Source: Spirochaetia bacterium
GTDB taxonomy: Bacteria; Spirochaetota; Spirochaetia; CADAEX01
NCBI GenBank assembly: GCA_963662265.2
Contig: CAXXHA010000025.1
Coordinates: 1 to 31,491, forward strand
Direction: 5' to 3'
Length of the DNA stretch: 31,491 nucleotides
Positions 17,749 through 27,252 of the stretch are shown piece after piece; the stretch's first letter is position 1, and every line of letters starts with the position of its first letter. The position numbers and the translations under genes are program-made. The notes under the pieces were generated by a model. That model had not been told where the DNA came from. It saw nothing but the letters and a program-made list of their open reading frames with translations, and ran no database searches.

Positions 17749-18466
17749 TTTCCTCCGAATTGTTTTTTAGTAATTCCCGTAAAAGAACTATTTCATTAGT
17801 TGTAATGGATGACACTTCCATTTCAATAAATCGTTTAATATTTTCCTGATCATCTATTGTCCAGACCATTACAGGTATGTTTCTGCTTTTTGCAAGGTTA
17901 ATAAGTTCCGGTCTGCAGTCATTATAATCAATATTGAGACCGTAAAAATTTCCATTTTTAACAATATCAAGTGTTTTGCTGATAAAATCACTGTATAATT
18001 CTGGATTTTCTGGTGCAGGATCTGCATTAAAAAGTACCAGAAAATCAGGATTGAAATCATGAATTATTCTTATCTCTTCAATTCTGCAGCCGGTGAAAAT
18101 AATATTTTCTGTTATATTTTTTTCTTTCAGCAGCTTTAAAACAGAATCAACAGATCTTAATTCCTTTATATCAAAATTGATACCTATAGAATTAGATCGT
18201 ATATGATCAATAATATTATCGAGACGCAGAATTTCCGGTTTAAGATCTGTAAGTTCAGAATAACTGATATCTTTAAGATATATTTTTTCATTTTTCTGTG
18301 TAATAAAAGAATCATGATGAAGTACGGGAATCATATCTGAAGTACATCTTACATCAACTTCAATAAAGTCGGGTTTGATACTGCATGCAAAATCAATATA
18401 TTTCCTTGAGTTAATCCCAGTGTTTCCTGCTCCGTTATGTATCATCATGGTAATATTGGATTTCAT
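17738..18466 (-). CDS. Glycerophosphodiester phosphodiesterase (GDPD) family protein with atypical N-terminal motif
   Basis: IEVDVRCTSD.IPVLHHD, FDIKE, VMVWTID and SSITTN. It has HNG in place of the usual HRG. Confidence 0.8.
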   Translation of the reverse strand: MKSNITMMIHNGAGNTGINSRKYIDFACSIKPDFIEVDVRCTSDMIPVLHHDSFITQKNEKIYLKDISYSELTDLKPEILRLDNIIDHIRSNSIGINFDIKELRSVDSVLKLLKEKNITENIIFTGCRIEEIRIIHDFNPDFLVLFNADPAPENPELYSDFISKTLDIVKNGNFYGLNIDYNDCRPELINLAKSRNIPVMVWTIDDQENIKRFIEMEVSSITTNEIVLLRELLKNNSEEIDG

Positions 18467-19292
18467 TATTTAAGCCCCATGGAAAAACCCTTGGTGTAGT
18501 ACTTGTAAACAAAACTTGAGAAAATAAGTATAGGTATTGTTGTAAGAAGACCTATTCCCATCAATTCTCCCCATAGAGTTTCGTACTCGCCAATGAAGTT
18601 GACTATTACAAGAGGAAGAGTTCTCAGTGCAGGTGTTCTTATAAAAAGAAGAGCAAAAAGGAATTCATCCCATGCCATGATTACACTGAAAATTGTTGTT
18701 GCAATTACACCTGTTCTTGTAAGAGGAAATACAACTTTCCACAGGATATAATTCTTGCTTGCACCGTCTATAAGAGCTGCCTCTTCATAGTTGATTGGAA
18801 GAGATTTAAGAAATCCGAAAAGCATCCAGATACAATAAGGAATTGTATATACCTGATAAACAAGGATCAGTCCCACAGGTTATTTACAAGTCCGATACTT
18901 GTAAACATTGAATATATCGGAATCGCCAGTACAACGGGAGGGAGAATTTTAACTACAAGTATCCATATCAGAAAAATGTTCTTGAATTTCAACGGGAAAT
19001 TATATCTCACCAGTGCATACGATGCCGGAAAGGCAAGCGCAACAGATAGAAGAGTCGATGCAACAGCGACGAAAATGCTGTTGAACATATTCCTGAAGAA
19101 ACCTGATTCATAAACACCCACATAATTTTCAAGTGTCGGATTATGCGGATAAAGAGTCGGAACAGGATTAACAGCTTCTATCGGTGTTTTCAGCGATGTG
19201 GCAAAAATCCAGTATATTGGAAACAGGATTACCAGAGTTATAAATATCAGGAAAGCCCAGAAAATAATTTTATTTTTTCTATTGATAACCAT
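18466..19292 (-). CDS. Carbohydrate ABC permease (MalG-like); split by an apparent 1-nt deletion near 18872-18874
   Basis: The N-half (FPIYWIFATSLK...PPVVLAIPIY) and C-half (EAA loop YEEAALIDGAS, WDEFLFAL) join as NNLWGLILVY if GGG is read as GGGG. Confidence 0.88.
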
Positions 19293-19293
19293 C

Positions 19294-20169
19294 TTAATCC
19301 TCCTGAAATATCTTTCTGATGTAGATGACTGAAAATGATGCTATTACAAGAAGAACTATCAGTGATGCTGCTGTTGCATTTCCCATATTGAAATATGAGA
19401 AGCCTTCCCTGTAGATATATGTGGAAACTGTTTCTGTTGAGTTGCCCGGCCCTCCGCCTGTTAGAGCAATAACTTTTCCGAACAGTTTAAACGTATCAAT
19501 TGTTCTCAGCATCATTACAAGAAAGATCTGGCTGCTTAGTATCGGTATGGTTATTTTTAAAGCAGTCATGATACTTCCGGCACCATCAATCTGTGCTGCT
19601 TCAAATATTTCAGACGGAATTGAGCCCATTGCAGCGTTCATGATGATAAATGCAAATGGAGTCCACTGCCAGATATCAACCAGGATGATTGAAAACATAG
19701 CCATGTTTTTATTTATAAGCCAGCCGAAAGGTGCAAAGCCGGCAGATGTTGTAAGGTAATTTAAAAGTCCTATATCATAGTGATAAAGGATTCTCCATAC
19801 TGCACATACAACCATTGTTGAAAGCATCATTGGGAAAATAACAATAGTCATGAATAGTTTTTTCCCCTTGAACTGCCTGTAAAAAATAAATGCCAGAAGT
19901 GTACCGAGTGCTACTTCAGCAATTGTTGCACTGACAGAAAATACAAGAGTATTAAGTAAAGCTCTCTGGAAAAGTTTATCTCCGATAACTTTTACATAGT
20001 TTCCGAAAGCTATGAATTTCTTGGCTCCGGAAAAAAAGTCATAATCAAATAATGATAAATAAATAACATTTAAAACGGGATATACTGTCAGCCATAACAT
20101 GAATAATACAGCCGGGGCAATTATCAGATAAAAGAATGTACCCCCGTTTTTTTCTTTAACAAATCTCAT
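19294..20169 (-). CDS. Carbohydrate ABC permease (MalF/UgpA-like)
   Basis: DIWQWTPF, EAA loop FEAAQIDGA and TGGGPGNSTET. Confidence 0.92.
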   Translation of the reverse strand: MRFVKEKNGGTFFYLIIAPAVLFMLWLTVYPVLNVIYLSLFDYDFFSGAKKFIAFGNYVKVIGDKLFQRALLNTLVFSVSATIAEVALGTLLAFIFYRQFKGKKLFMTIVIFPMMLSTMVVCAVWRILYHYDIGLLNYLTTSAGFAPFGWLINKNMAMFSIILVDIWQWTPFAFIIMNAAMGSIPSEIFEAAQIDGAGSIMTALKITIPILSSQIFLVMMLRTIDTFKLFGKVIALTGGGPGNSTETVSTYIYREGFSYFNMGNATAASLIVLLVIASFSVIYIRKIFQED

Positions 20170-20350
20170 TTTATATCCTCAAGCTGAAATATAATTTCAG
20201 CATGTTGTTTTAAACACATTTCACCTGTAAATAGTTTTTATGGGTTTCAAAGTTATGTGTCATGATTTTATGAAGATTAAAATCTTCTTACTGTTTTTGC
20301 CTCGTTGATTGTGCATCCATGCACACTCGGCATGCAAACATCCTGTTTGT

Positions 20351-20381
20351 AAAAAACAGCAGGCTGATAAGCAGCCTGCTG
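20351..20381 (-). terminator. Terminator-like hairpin after the sugar-binding protein gene (intra-operon)
   Basis: cagcaggctg-ataag-cagcctgctg forms a perfect 10-bp stem with U6 on the minus strand. Confidence 0.75.
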
Positions 20382-20392
20382 ACTTAAAAAAG

Positions 20393-21658
20393 CTATTCAA
20401 CTATAGCTTTGATATCTTTTTCCACCTGGGCAAGAGCTTCTTCTGCTGTGAGATCTCCGATAAGTGCGAACTGGAGAGCAGTTCCGAGTTTATCTTCAAG
20501 CTGTTTCCATGAAGTTGTTCTTGTTCTTGCTACACCGTTTTTAAGCGCATCAAGCTGAGCAGGATACCATGGGTATTTTTTCTGAAGAGATTCAATAGCA
20601 TAAACTTTTTCTCTTGTAGGAGGATTACCTGTAGTTTCTGCCATTTTTACCTGCATGTCATAACTTGTAGCGAACTTGAGGAAATCAAAAGCTGCTTTCT
20701 TGTTTTTTGATGCTTCAGGAATTGCTGCAAGCCAGATACCGATCATTGGTGAAGAAGGTTTTACTTCGCCGGGATGTTTTATAACTTTTACCTTGCCTAC
20801 AACTTTTGAAACTTCAGGGTTTTCAAGCTGATTGATCCAGCCCGGCCATACTTCGATAGCAGCAGCTGCAGTGCCGGTATAAACTGCATCTTTTACCTGA
20901 GCTGACTGATACATTGAAACTCCGTCAGGAGCATATTTTGCAAGTTCAAGATAGTATTTAAGAGCATTAAGAGCTTCAGGTGAATTAACAGTTACCTTGC
21001 CTGATTCATCAAGTATTTTTGCTCCGAAAGACCAAAAGATGGGAAGAAAACCTGTTACAATAGGATTACCTTTTGATCCTCTGAAAATTACACCGTCTAC
21101 ACCTTCTTCTTTTTCATCAATTGTTTTTACAGCTTTAAGGAATTCAGACCATTTATCAGGTTCAGAATAACCGTATTTTTTGAAAAGATCAGTTCTGTAT
21201 GCAAAAAGTTCAACATTTCCTGCAAAAGGAAGGCAGAGAAGTTTTCCGTCATCTGAGTAAGGGTATTTACCTGTTTTAAGTGCAGGTTTGATAAAACCGT
21301 CATCTACTGATTCACCAGCTTCCTTGTACATTGCACCGAGGTCTGCAAGCCATCCGGCTTTATGATACTGTGTAGCATTTGGATCGTCGATAAGAATAAT
21401 ATCATAAGTACCTGTTTTACTCTTCAGGTCAATTACAGTTTTTTCATATAGACTTCCGCCTGAAAGCTTGAGAACTTCAAAAGTTACTTCAGGGTGCATT
21501 GCTGTATATGCATCAGCAGCCATCTGCATTGATTCACCGTATGAACCATCTCTTCCTGCAATTGTAATTTTTACTTCACCTGATTCTTCTTTTTTGCCTC
21601 CTGCAAAAACGCTGAATGCAGTAAGTAAAATCAGAGTTAAGACAATTAGTTTTTTCAT
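20393..21658 (-). CDS. Carbohydrate ABC transporter substrate-binding protein (family 1)
   Basis: Signal peptide ending VFA-GGKKE, then YDIILID, LPF...YRTDLF and KAAFDFLKF. It is the first gene of a CUT1 operon and has an AGGAGG RBS. Confidence 0.9.
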   Translation of the reverse strand: MKKLIVLTLILLTAFSVFAGGKKEESGEVKITIAGRDGSYGESMQMAADAYTAMHPEVTFEVLKLSGGSLYEKTVIDLKSKTGTYDIILIDDPNATQYHKAGWLADLGAMYKEAGESVDDGFIKPALKTGKYPYSDDGKLLCLPFAGNVELFAYRTDLFKKYGYSEPDKWSEFLKAVKTIDEKEEGVDGVIFRGSKGNPIVTGFLPIFWSFGAKILDESGKVTVNSPEALNALKYYLELAKYAPDGVSMYQSAQVKDAVYTGTAAAAIEVWPGWINQLENPEVSKVVGKVKVIKHPGEVKPSSPMIGIWLAAIPEASKNKKAAFDFLKFATSYDMQVKMAETTGNPPTREKVYAIESLQKKYPWYPAQLDALKNGVARTRTTSWKQLEDKLGTALQFALIGDLTAEEALAQVEKDIKAIVE

Positions 21659-21671
21659 AATGATTTTCCTC

Positions 21672-21743
21672 CTGATATTACATGTATGAAACCGATCTTA
21701 TACATGTAACATCAGTATTGTTTTTAATTATCGAAATTGTCAA
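21672..21743 (-). promoter_or_regulatory. Promoter and paired palindromic operator candidates for the sugar ABC operon
   Basis: TTGACA (21743-21738) with AATACT 18 nt downstream. The inverted repeat ctgatattacatgtat / atacatgtaacatcag (21672-21715) matches 15/16, and each arm contains TACATGTA. Confidence 0.6.
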
Positions 21744-21935
21744 GGGGATAAAATGATAAATAGGCAAATATTTTTTAAAAAAGGGAGTAATTGAATAAAT
21801 GGATAAAAAAATTATTATTATTGGCAGAAAATGAATTTTTTAAAAAACTTGTGTTTTGTTTATGGAAAAATGGAAAAAGAGTAATTTATTAAGCAATTTC
21901 AGTTTTAGAGAAAATAAATGAAAATATAATAATTA

Positions 21936-22941
21936 TTATTTTTTATTGATGCATGATTCCCTTATTATCAATTCAGCAGGAAGTATTATTTTCGCATTTG
22001 GCCTGTCATTGTTTTCTATCATTTTCGTGAGTGTTTCCATTGCAAGAGTTCCTATTTCTCTCATAGGCACTTTAAGTGTTGTCAACGGTGGATCAAGGAA
22101 TTCAGCAAAAAAGTTATTATCATAACCTGCTACACATATATCATCTGGAATTCTGATGCCATGATCCCTGCAGTATAATACAACTCCCAGCGCAGTCCTG
22201 TCATTGTGGGCAAATACAGCATCAACTTTATCTGATGACAGATATTTTTCTGCAATGTCATAACCTGATTTTCTGGTAAAATCACCTTCCCTTACAACAA
22301 GATTATTTATATCAAAACCGTTTTCTATCAGCCCCATTTTAAAGCCAGATGTTCTGTCTATGGTATCAATATGGTTCGGGGGGGCCTGAAATAATCATAA
22401 TTCTCTTGAAATTCTGGCTTACAAAGTATTCTGCAAGAGACCTTCCTCCTCCCACATTATCTACCTTGATAAAAGAATAATTATTTACAGGCTGTCCTAT
22501 CAGGACAAAAGGGATCCCTACCCTGTTCATTTTTGAAAAAAGTTTTATCTCCTTATCATAATTCTCCATATTTCTTATGATTACACCGTCAACAATTTTC
22601 TGGGAAACAAGGTCTGTAACTGAATCTATATATTTTCTACGTTTAAGGATTATATGAAAACCATGTGAATCTGCAACATCCTCTATAGCATCAAGAAGGT
22701 TTATATAATAAGGCTGATGTTTCCATCCGTCAGGAACCACAACAGCAACTATTTTGGATTTACCGCCTGAAAGGGCTCTTGCCATTGAATTCGGATGATA
22801 ATCGAGTTTCTCAATTGCTTCATGTACAAGTTTATAAGTATCCGGGGTTACACTCTTATCATTGTTAAGTACTCTGGAGATAGTAGCTCTGGAACAACCG
22901 CAATAATCAGCTACATCTTTCATTGTTACAGATTTTTTCAT
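21936..22941 (-). CDS. LacI-family transcriptional regulator; split by an apparent 1-nt insertion in the homopolymer at 22378-22384
   Basis: HTH TMKDVADYCGCSRATISRVLN and hinge YHPNSMARAL. The C-half has AVFAHND..ALG, IPDDICVAGYD and PPLTT. The halves join as SGPPNHIDTIDRTSGF if C7 is read as C6. Confidence 0.9.
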
Positions 22942-23002
22942 ATTTTATATTATGTACCTAAATGCTACATTTAGTAAATCGGTTTTTTAGTGTATATCAG
23001 CT

Positions 23003-23452
23003 TTATGGTGATAAAACTGATATTATTTTCCATTTTTCATCTTCATGGACAAGTGCTACAACCCCGCTGTTGATGAATTTAACCGGTTCATAATTCTCAT
23101 AACCTGTTATTAATAATGATATTAGCCTTGAAAGAAACGGAAGATGGCCAATAATCATGATATTGTGATTGTGTGAATTTAATACTTTAACAACCGGTTT
23201 TACATCATCAAGCGGAGAGAGAAAATCTTTTTCTGATATTATATTCTTTAAATTGTTTGATGATGTAACAATTTCTGCAGTTTCCCTGGATCTTTTTTTT
23301 GTGCTGTGCCATATTTCATCAACATTAAAATTAAAAGTTCTCAGAAACTGTGCTGCTGCGGCAGTTTCTTTTTTGCCTGTTTCAGTGATTCCCCTTTCAG
23401 GATCTTCTTCTTCAGATTTTGATTTTGCATGCTGCATAAGAAGTAAATACAT
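23003..23452 (-). CDS. sixA: Phosphohistidine phosphatase SixA (QH variant)
   Basis: LMQHAKSKSEEEDPERGIT..G, IWHS.K.RSRETA and IIGHLPFL. AGGAGG RBS. Confidence 0.85.
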   Translation of the reverse strand: MYLLLMQHAKSKSEEEDPERGITETGKKETAAAAQFLRTFNFNVDEIWHSTKKRSRETAEIVTSSNNLKNIISEKDFLSPLDDVKPVVKVLNSHNHNIMIIGHLPFLSRLISLLITGYENYEPVKFINSGVVALVHEDEKWKIISVLSP

Positions 23453-23528
23453 GATAACGACCTCCTGTGTTAAGTATTATTAAATATAATGATTTACTAT
23501 AATTATAAGATATAGAATTGCTATATGT

Positions 23529-23566
23529 AAAAAAAAATCCTGCCGCTTGAAATAAACAGCAGGATT
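23529..23566 (-). terminator. Intrinsic terminator ending the AfuABC-like operon
   Basis: Minus strand AAUCCUGCUGUU-UAUUUCA-AGCGGCAGGAUU followed by a U-run. Confidence 0.75.
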
Positions 23567-23589
23567 GTGAAATTCATATTAAATATAAA

Positions 23590-24120
23590 TTAGAACCAGA
23601 GAACCTTCATTGAACTTCCTTTTGTAGTTTTTGCATCTTTTCCGCCTGCTTTTGCCTTGAATTCAACTTCAACTTTTCCGCCGTTTTCGCTGTCAACTAC
23701 GATATATCCGTATCCGTCTTCGCCAAGCATAGTCTTGAAAGTTGTAGTATCATTACCCTTAATTTCATAGGGAACTTCGAGTCCTTCGCATGAAGTAGAT
23801 ACAACATAAACAGGATTTTCATTTTTATTTTTTACGGACCATTCAACAACAGCATCTGCCTGCATGGGATCTGTCTTGATTTCAATAAGCTTTTCACCGA
23901 TTGATCCGTCAAGAGCCATTCCTGTTCCTTTTTCAGATGCAGCAGCTGTGCCCTGAACCTGAAGGAATTTTACTTCGCCTGATTTGTCGAATTTTGCCCA
24001 TTCTTCTGTAGGTACAAAATCTTTTCTTGACTGTGATGCCACTGAATCAGGAAGTGTAGCACAACCTGTAAATACCAGCGCCAGAAGCACTAATCCGGTA
24101 ATATTTAAAACATTTTTCAT
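23590..24120 (-). CDS. Lipoprotein of unknown function
   Basis: MKN plus a hydrophobic stretch and lipobox-like VFTG-C. ATGA overlap with the ATPase stop and a GGAGG RBS. Confidence 0.8.
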   Translation of the reverse strand: MKNVLNITGLVLLALVFTGCATLPDSVASQSRKDFVPTEEWAKFDKSGEVKFLQVQGTAAASEKGTGMALDGSIGEKLIEIKTDPMQADAVVEWSVKNKNENPVYVVSTSCEGLEVPYEIKGNDTTTFKTMLGEDGYGYIVVDSENGGKVEVEFKAKAGGKDAKTTKGSSMKVLWF

Positions 24121-25199
24121 TCTTTACCTCCAATAAGAAAAATATGATCTTCCCTTACTTTTAATTTGACAGATGATCCCTGTTCCTTTATATCCCTTCT
24201 GTAGCTGAAGTCATGCAGCCGTATTTCCTGGTTATCAACAGTTATTGTGTAATCATCCATTGATCCCTGGTACATCGCAAATTCAACTTTACCGGGAAGA
24301 CCGGTATCATCATCTGAAAAGTAAATATCTTCGGGTCTGATCATGAGAATAATTTTATCATTCTTTTCAGGAAGATTTTTATAATTAACTTTAAATTCCT
24401 GACTTGCAACCTCTACTACTGCTTTATCACCATCAGTTCCTTTAAAAGAGCCTTCAACAATATTTGCCTCTCCGATAAAATCGGCAACAAACGGGTTTGC
24501 CGGCTGTGTATAAAGTTCTGTCGGGGAACCAATCTGAGAAATTACAGAGTTATCCATAACAACAATTCGGTCAGATATAGCAAGAGCTTCTGACTGGTCA
24601 TGTGTTACATAAACAGAAGTAATTCCCAGTTCTTTCTGCAGATTCCTGATTTCCGCCCTCATCCTGTTCCTCAATTTTGCATCAAGGTTAGAAAGCGGTT
24701 CATCAAAAAGCAGTACTTTTGGTTTTAATATGAGCGCTCTAGCAAGAGCGACTCTCTGCTGCTGCCCTCCTGAAAGTTCAGATGCGCCTCTTTTTGAAAG
24801 ACCTTCAAGGCCAACAAGTTTAAGAGCATCTTCAGCAGCACTCTGTATCTGGTCCTCTTTCCACCTTAATACCCTGAGTCCGTATACAATGTTTTCATAA
24901 ACATTCATATGGGGAAAAAGAGCATAAGACTGGAAAACCATTGTGATTTTTCTTTCATTAGCCGGGAGGTTTGTAATATCCTCACCGCCCAGCAGTATCT
25001 TGCCGGATGTAGGCATTTCAAGACCTGCAATCATTCTGAGTATTGTAGTCTTGCCGCAGCCTGAAGGCCCGAGAAGGGTTATCATCTCACCATGCTCAAC
25101 ATCCAATGATACGTTATTAACCGCTGTTACTTTTCCGAACTTTTTAGTTATATTCTGGAATTTTAAATCAGCAGTATCATTTGTTTTGATTTCAGCCAT
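24117..25199 (-). CDS. ABC ATPase, AfuC/FbpC/PotA family
   Basis: GPSGCGKTT, VFQSYALFPH, LSGGQQQR, DEPLSNLDAKLR, YVTHDQSEA and a C-terminal TOBE-like region. Confidence 0.92.
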   Translation of the reverse strand: MAEIKTNDTADLKFQNITKKFGKVTAVNNVSLDVEHGEMITLLGPSGCGKTTILRMIAGLEMPTSGKILLGGEDITNLPANERKITMVFQSYALFPHMNVYENIVYGLRVLRWKEDQIQSAAEDALKLVGLEGLSKRGASELSGGQQQRVALARALILKPKVLLFDEPLSNLDAKLRNRMRAEIRNLQKELGITSVYVTHDQSEALAISDRIVVMDNSVISQIGSPTELYTQPANPFVADFIGEANIVEGSFKGTDGDKAVVEVASQEFKVNYKNLPEKNDKIILMIRPEDIYFSDDDTGLPGKVEFAMYQGSMDDYTITVDNQEIRLHDFSYRRDIKEQGSSVKLKVREDHIFLIGGKE

Positions 25200-25205
25200 T
25201 CTGAT

Positions 25206-27251
25206 TTACCCCCCGAGTCCTTTGTTTTTAATATCCAGTTTATTTATAAAGTAGTACATTATTCCTATTGCAATCATCATTGTAACAATGAGGACTGAAC
25301 AGTATGCAGTTGCTATACCCAGCTTACCCCCTTCTATACGTCCGAGGATAACTGTTGTTGCAAGCTTTGTTTTTGCAGTAACCAGGAAGATAACAGCTGA
25401 TATAGCAGTCATGGCTCTTACAAATGAAAAAACAAGACCTGAGAATATAGCCGGCTTTATAAGCGGCAGAATAATCTTATTTAATGTCCTGAAATTTCCT
25501 GCTCCCAGAGTGATTGATGCCTCTTCGAGAGACGGGTCAATCTGCTGAAGCGCCGCGATCCCCGACCTGATACCTACAGGCATGTTTCTGAATACGAAAC
25601 AGATTATAAGAATTGCAGCTCCTCCAGTGAATGCAAGAGGCGCAGTGTTGAATGCCATGACATAGCCGATACCGACTATAGTTCCCGGAATTGCAAAACT
25701 CAGCATTGATGTAAATTCAAAGTATTTTTTACCGTAGAAATGATACCTGCTTATAAGGTAGGCTATTATAAGACCTATTATCGCAGTTATCGGTGCAGAG
25801 TAAAGCGCAAGCTTGAGGGTTGAAAAATATGATTCAAGACCTACAGACAGAAAATACTTATAGTGCTTGAGTGTAAAATCATAATTTATACCCCAGAGTT
25901 TTACAAAGCTTCCTACAAATACAGAACCGTAGAGAGATACTGTTAAGAGTACCCATACAATAGTAAGACCTGCAAGTGAATAATCAAGAACTGCAGGCAG
26001 AGGCAGTCTCTTATTTCTTGAAGGTTTACCAGTTACAGTTACATAGGATTTTTTACCTACCCAGTATCTCTGGATAAGGTAAGTTGTTAGAGTGATGGAT
26101 AAAAGGACCAGTCCCAGGCATGCTGCGAGAGTCTCATCATATCGTCCTACAATTGCAAGGTAGATTGATGTAGCAAGAACATCAAAGTCTCCTCCAAGCA
26201 GAATCGGGTTGCCGAAATCTGCGAGAGATTCAATTACAGAAAGGAGAAACGCGTTTGCAAGACCTGGTCTTACGAGAGGCCAGATTACTGTTCTGAAACT
26301 TCTCCACCTGTTTGCACCCAGAGTATAGCTTGCCTCTTCAAGTGATGAGTCAAGAGATTTTATTACACCGGATATGATGAGATATGCCATTGGTGCAAAC
26401 GATAAGGTCTGCGCCATAACAATACCTGTATAACCGAATATAAAATCAACTCTGAGCCCCAGCATTCCTGATGTGAACCAGCCTGCTTTTCCAAACATGA
26501 AAATGATGGCAAGACCGATTACAAAAGGAGGTGTGATTATCGGGAGAAGGGAAAAAGCATTCATCAGCTTCCCTATTTTAAATCTGGATCTTTCCACAAT
26601 AAGGGCAAATGCGAAACCTATTGCAGTTGCAAGAAACCCTACAGATGTTGCCATCAGAATACTGTTTTTAAGTATTCTGAAAGTTGATGGATAGGCTGTA
26701 AGAGTTGTAAAAAAATTACCCGGCTTTAAAGCGCCTTCAACTACAATACTTCTTGCCATAATAACAAGAAGGGGAAAGATTATAAAAATTATAAGGAGTG
26801 ATGAGATACCCAGAATAGAACCTGAAATAAATAAATCGCCCTGAATAATCCCGAGTTTTGACAGTGAACCTGCCAGAAGTGCGAGAAAACCGAAAAACAG
26901 TATAAAAGCCCCGTTTGCAAGCCTGAGTTCAGGCGCCATTACTGTTGCTAAAAGCACAAACAGGATGACAGCTGATAGGCTTAAAAAAAGCTGTATATAT
27001 GCTCCGGTTTTTTTCTTTACAGGGAGAAAAGAGTTTACAATTACAAGTAAAAGAATCAGAGGAAACAGTCTTAATAGAGGGTAATCATTTGTGATATTCC
27101 ATAAAATACCTGAAAAGTCACCCGCTCTTACTGCTGCAAGTGAACCAGCTTCACCTGTTACAGTAAACGGTACAATAAATGATACAAGAATGAGAAATAA
27201 AGATCCGATAAGAACAGTTTTTTTCTGATTTAAGATAAAAATATTAAGCAT
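25206..27251 (-). CDS. ABC permease, AfuB/FbpB type (fused double permease with N-terminal membrane extension)
   Basis: LPIITPPFVIG, two EAA loops (LEEASYTLGA and LEEASITLGA), ESLADFGNP and FRNMPVGIRSG. Confidence 0.9.
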   Translation of the reverse strand: MLNIFILNQKKTVLIGSLFLILVSFIVPFTVTGEAGSLAAVRAGDFSGILWNITNDYPLLRLFPLILLLVIVNSFLPVKKKTGAYIQLFLSLSAVILFVLLATVMAPELRLANGAFILFFGFLALLAGSLSKLGIIQGDLFISGSILGISSLLIIFIIFPLLVIMARSIVVEGALKPGNFFTTLTAYPSTFRILKNSILMATSVGFLATAIGFAFALIVERSRFKIGKLMNAFSLLPIITPPFVIGLAIIFMFGKAGWFTSGMLGLRVDFIFGYTGIVMAQTLSFAPMAYLIISGVIKSLDSSLEEASYTLGANRWRSFRTVIWPLVRPGLANAFLLSVIESLADFGNPILLGGDFDVLATSIYLAIVGRYDETLAACLGLVLLSITLTTYLIQRYWVGKKSYVTVTGKPSRNKRLPLPAVLDYSLAGLTIVWVLLTVSLYGSVFVGSFVKLWGINYDFTLKHYKYFLSVGLESYFSTLKLALYSAPITAIIGLIIAYLISRYHFYGKKYFEFTSMLSFAIPGTIVGIGYVMAFNTAPLAFTGGAAILIICFVFRNMPVGIRSGIAALQQIDPSLEEASITLGAGNFRTLNKIILPLIKPAIFSGLVFSFVRAMTAISAVIFLVTAKTKLATTVILGRIEGGKLGIATAYCSVLIVTMMIAIGIMYYFINKLDIKNKGLGG

Positions 27252-27252
27252 A

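Noticed and set aside
20309-20512. 67-aa Cys/His-rich ORF on the + strand
   Set aside because: It starts at TTG with no RBS, runs antisense into the binding-protein gene, and its sequence is explained by the minus-strand hairpins.
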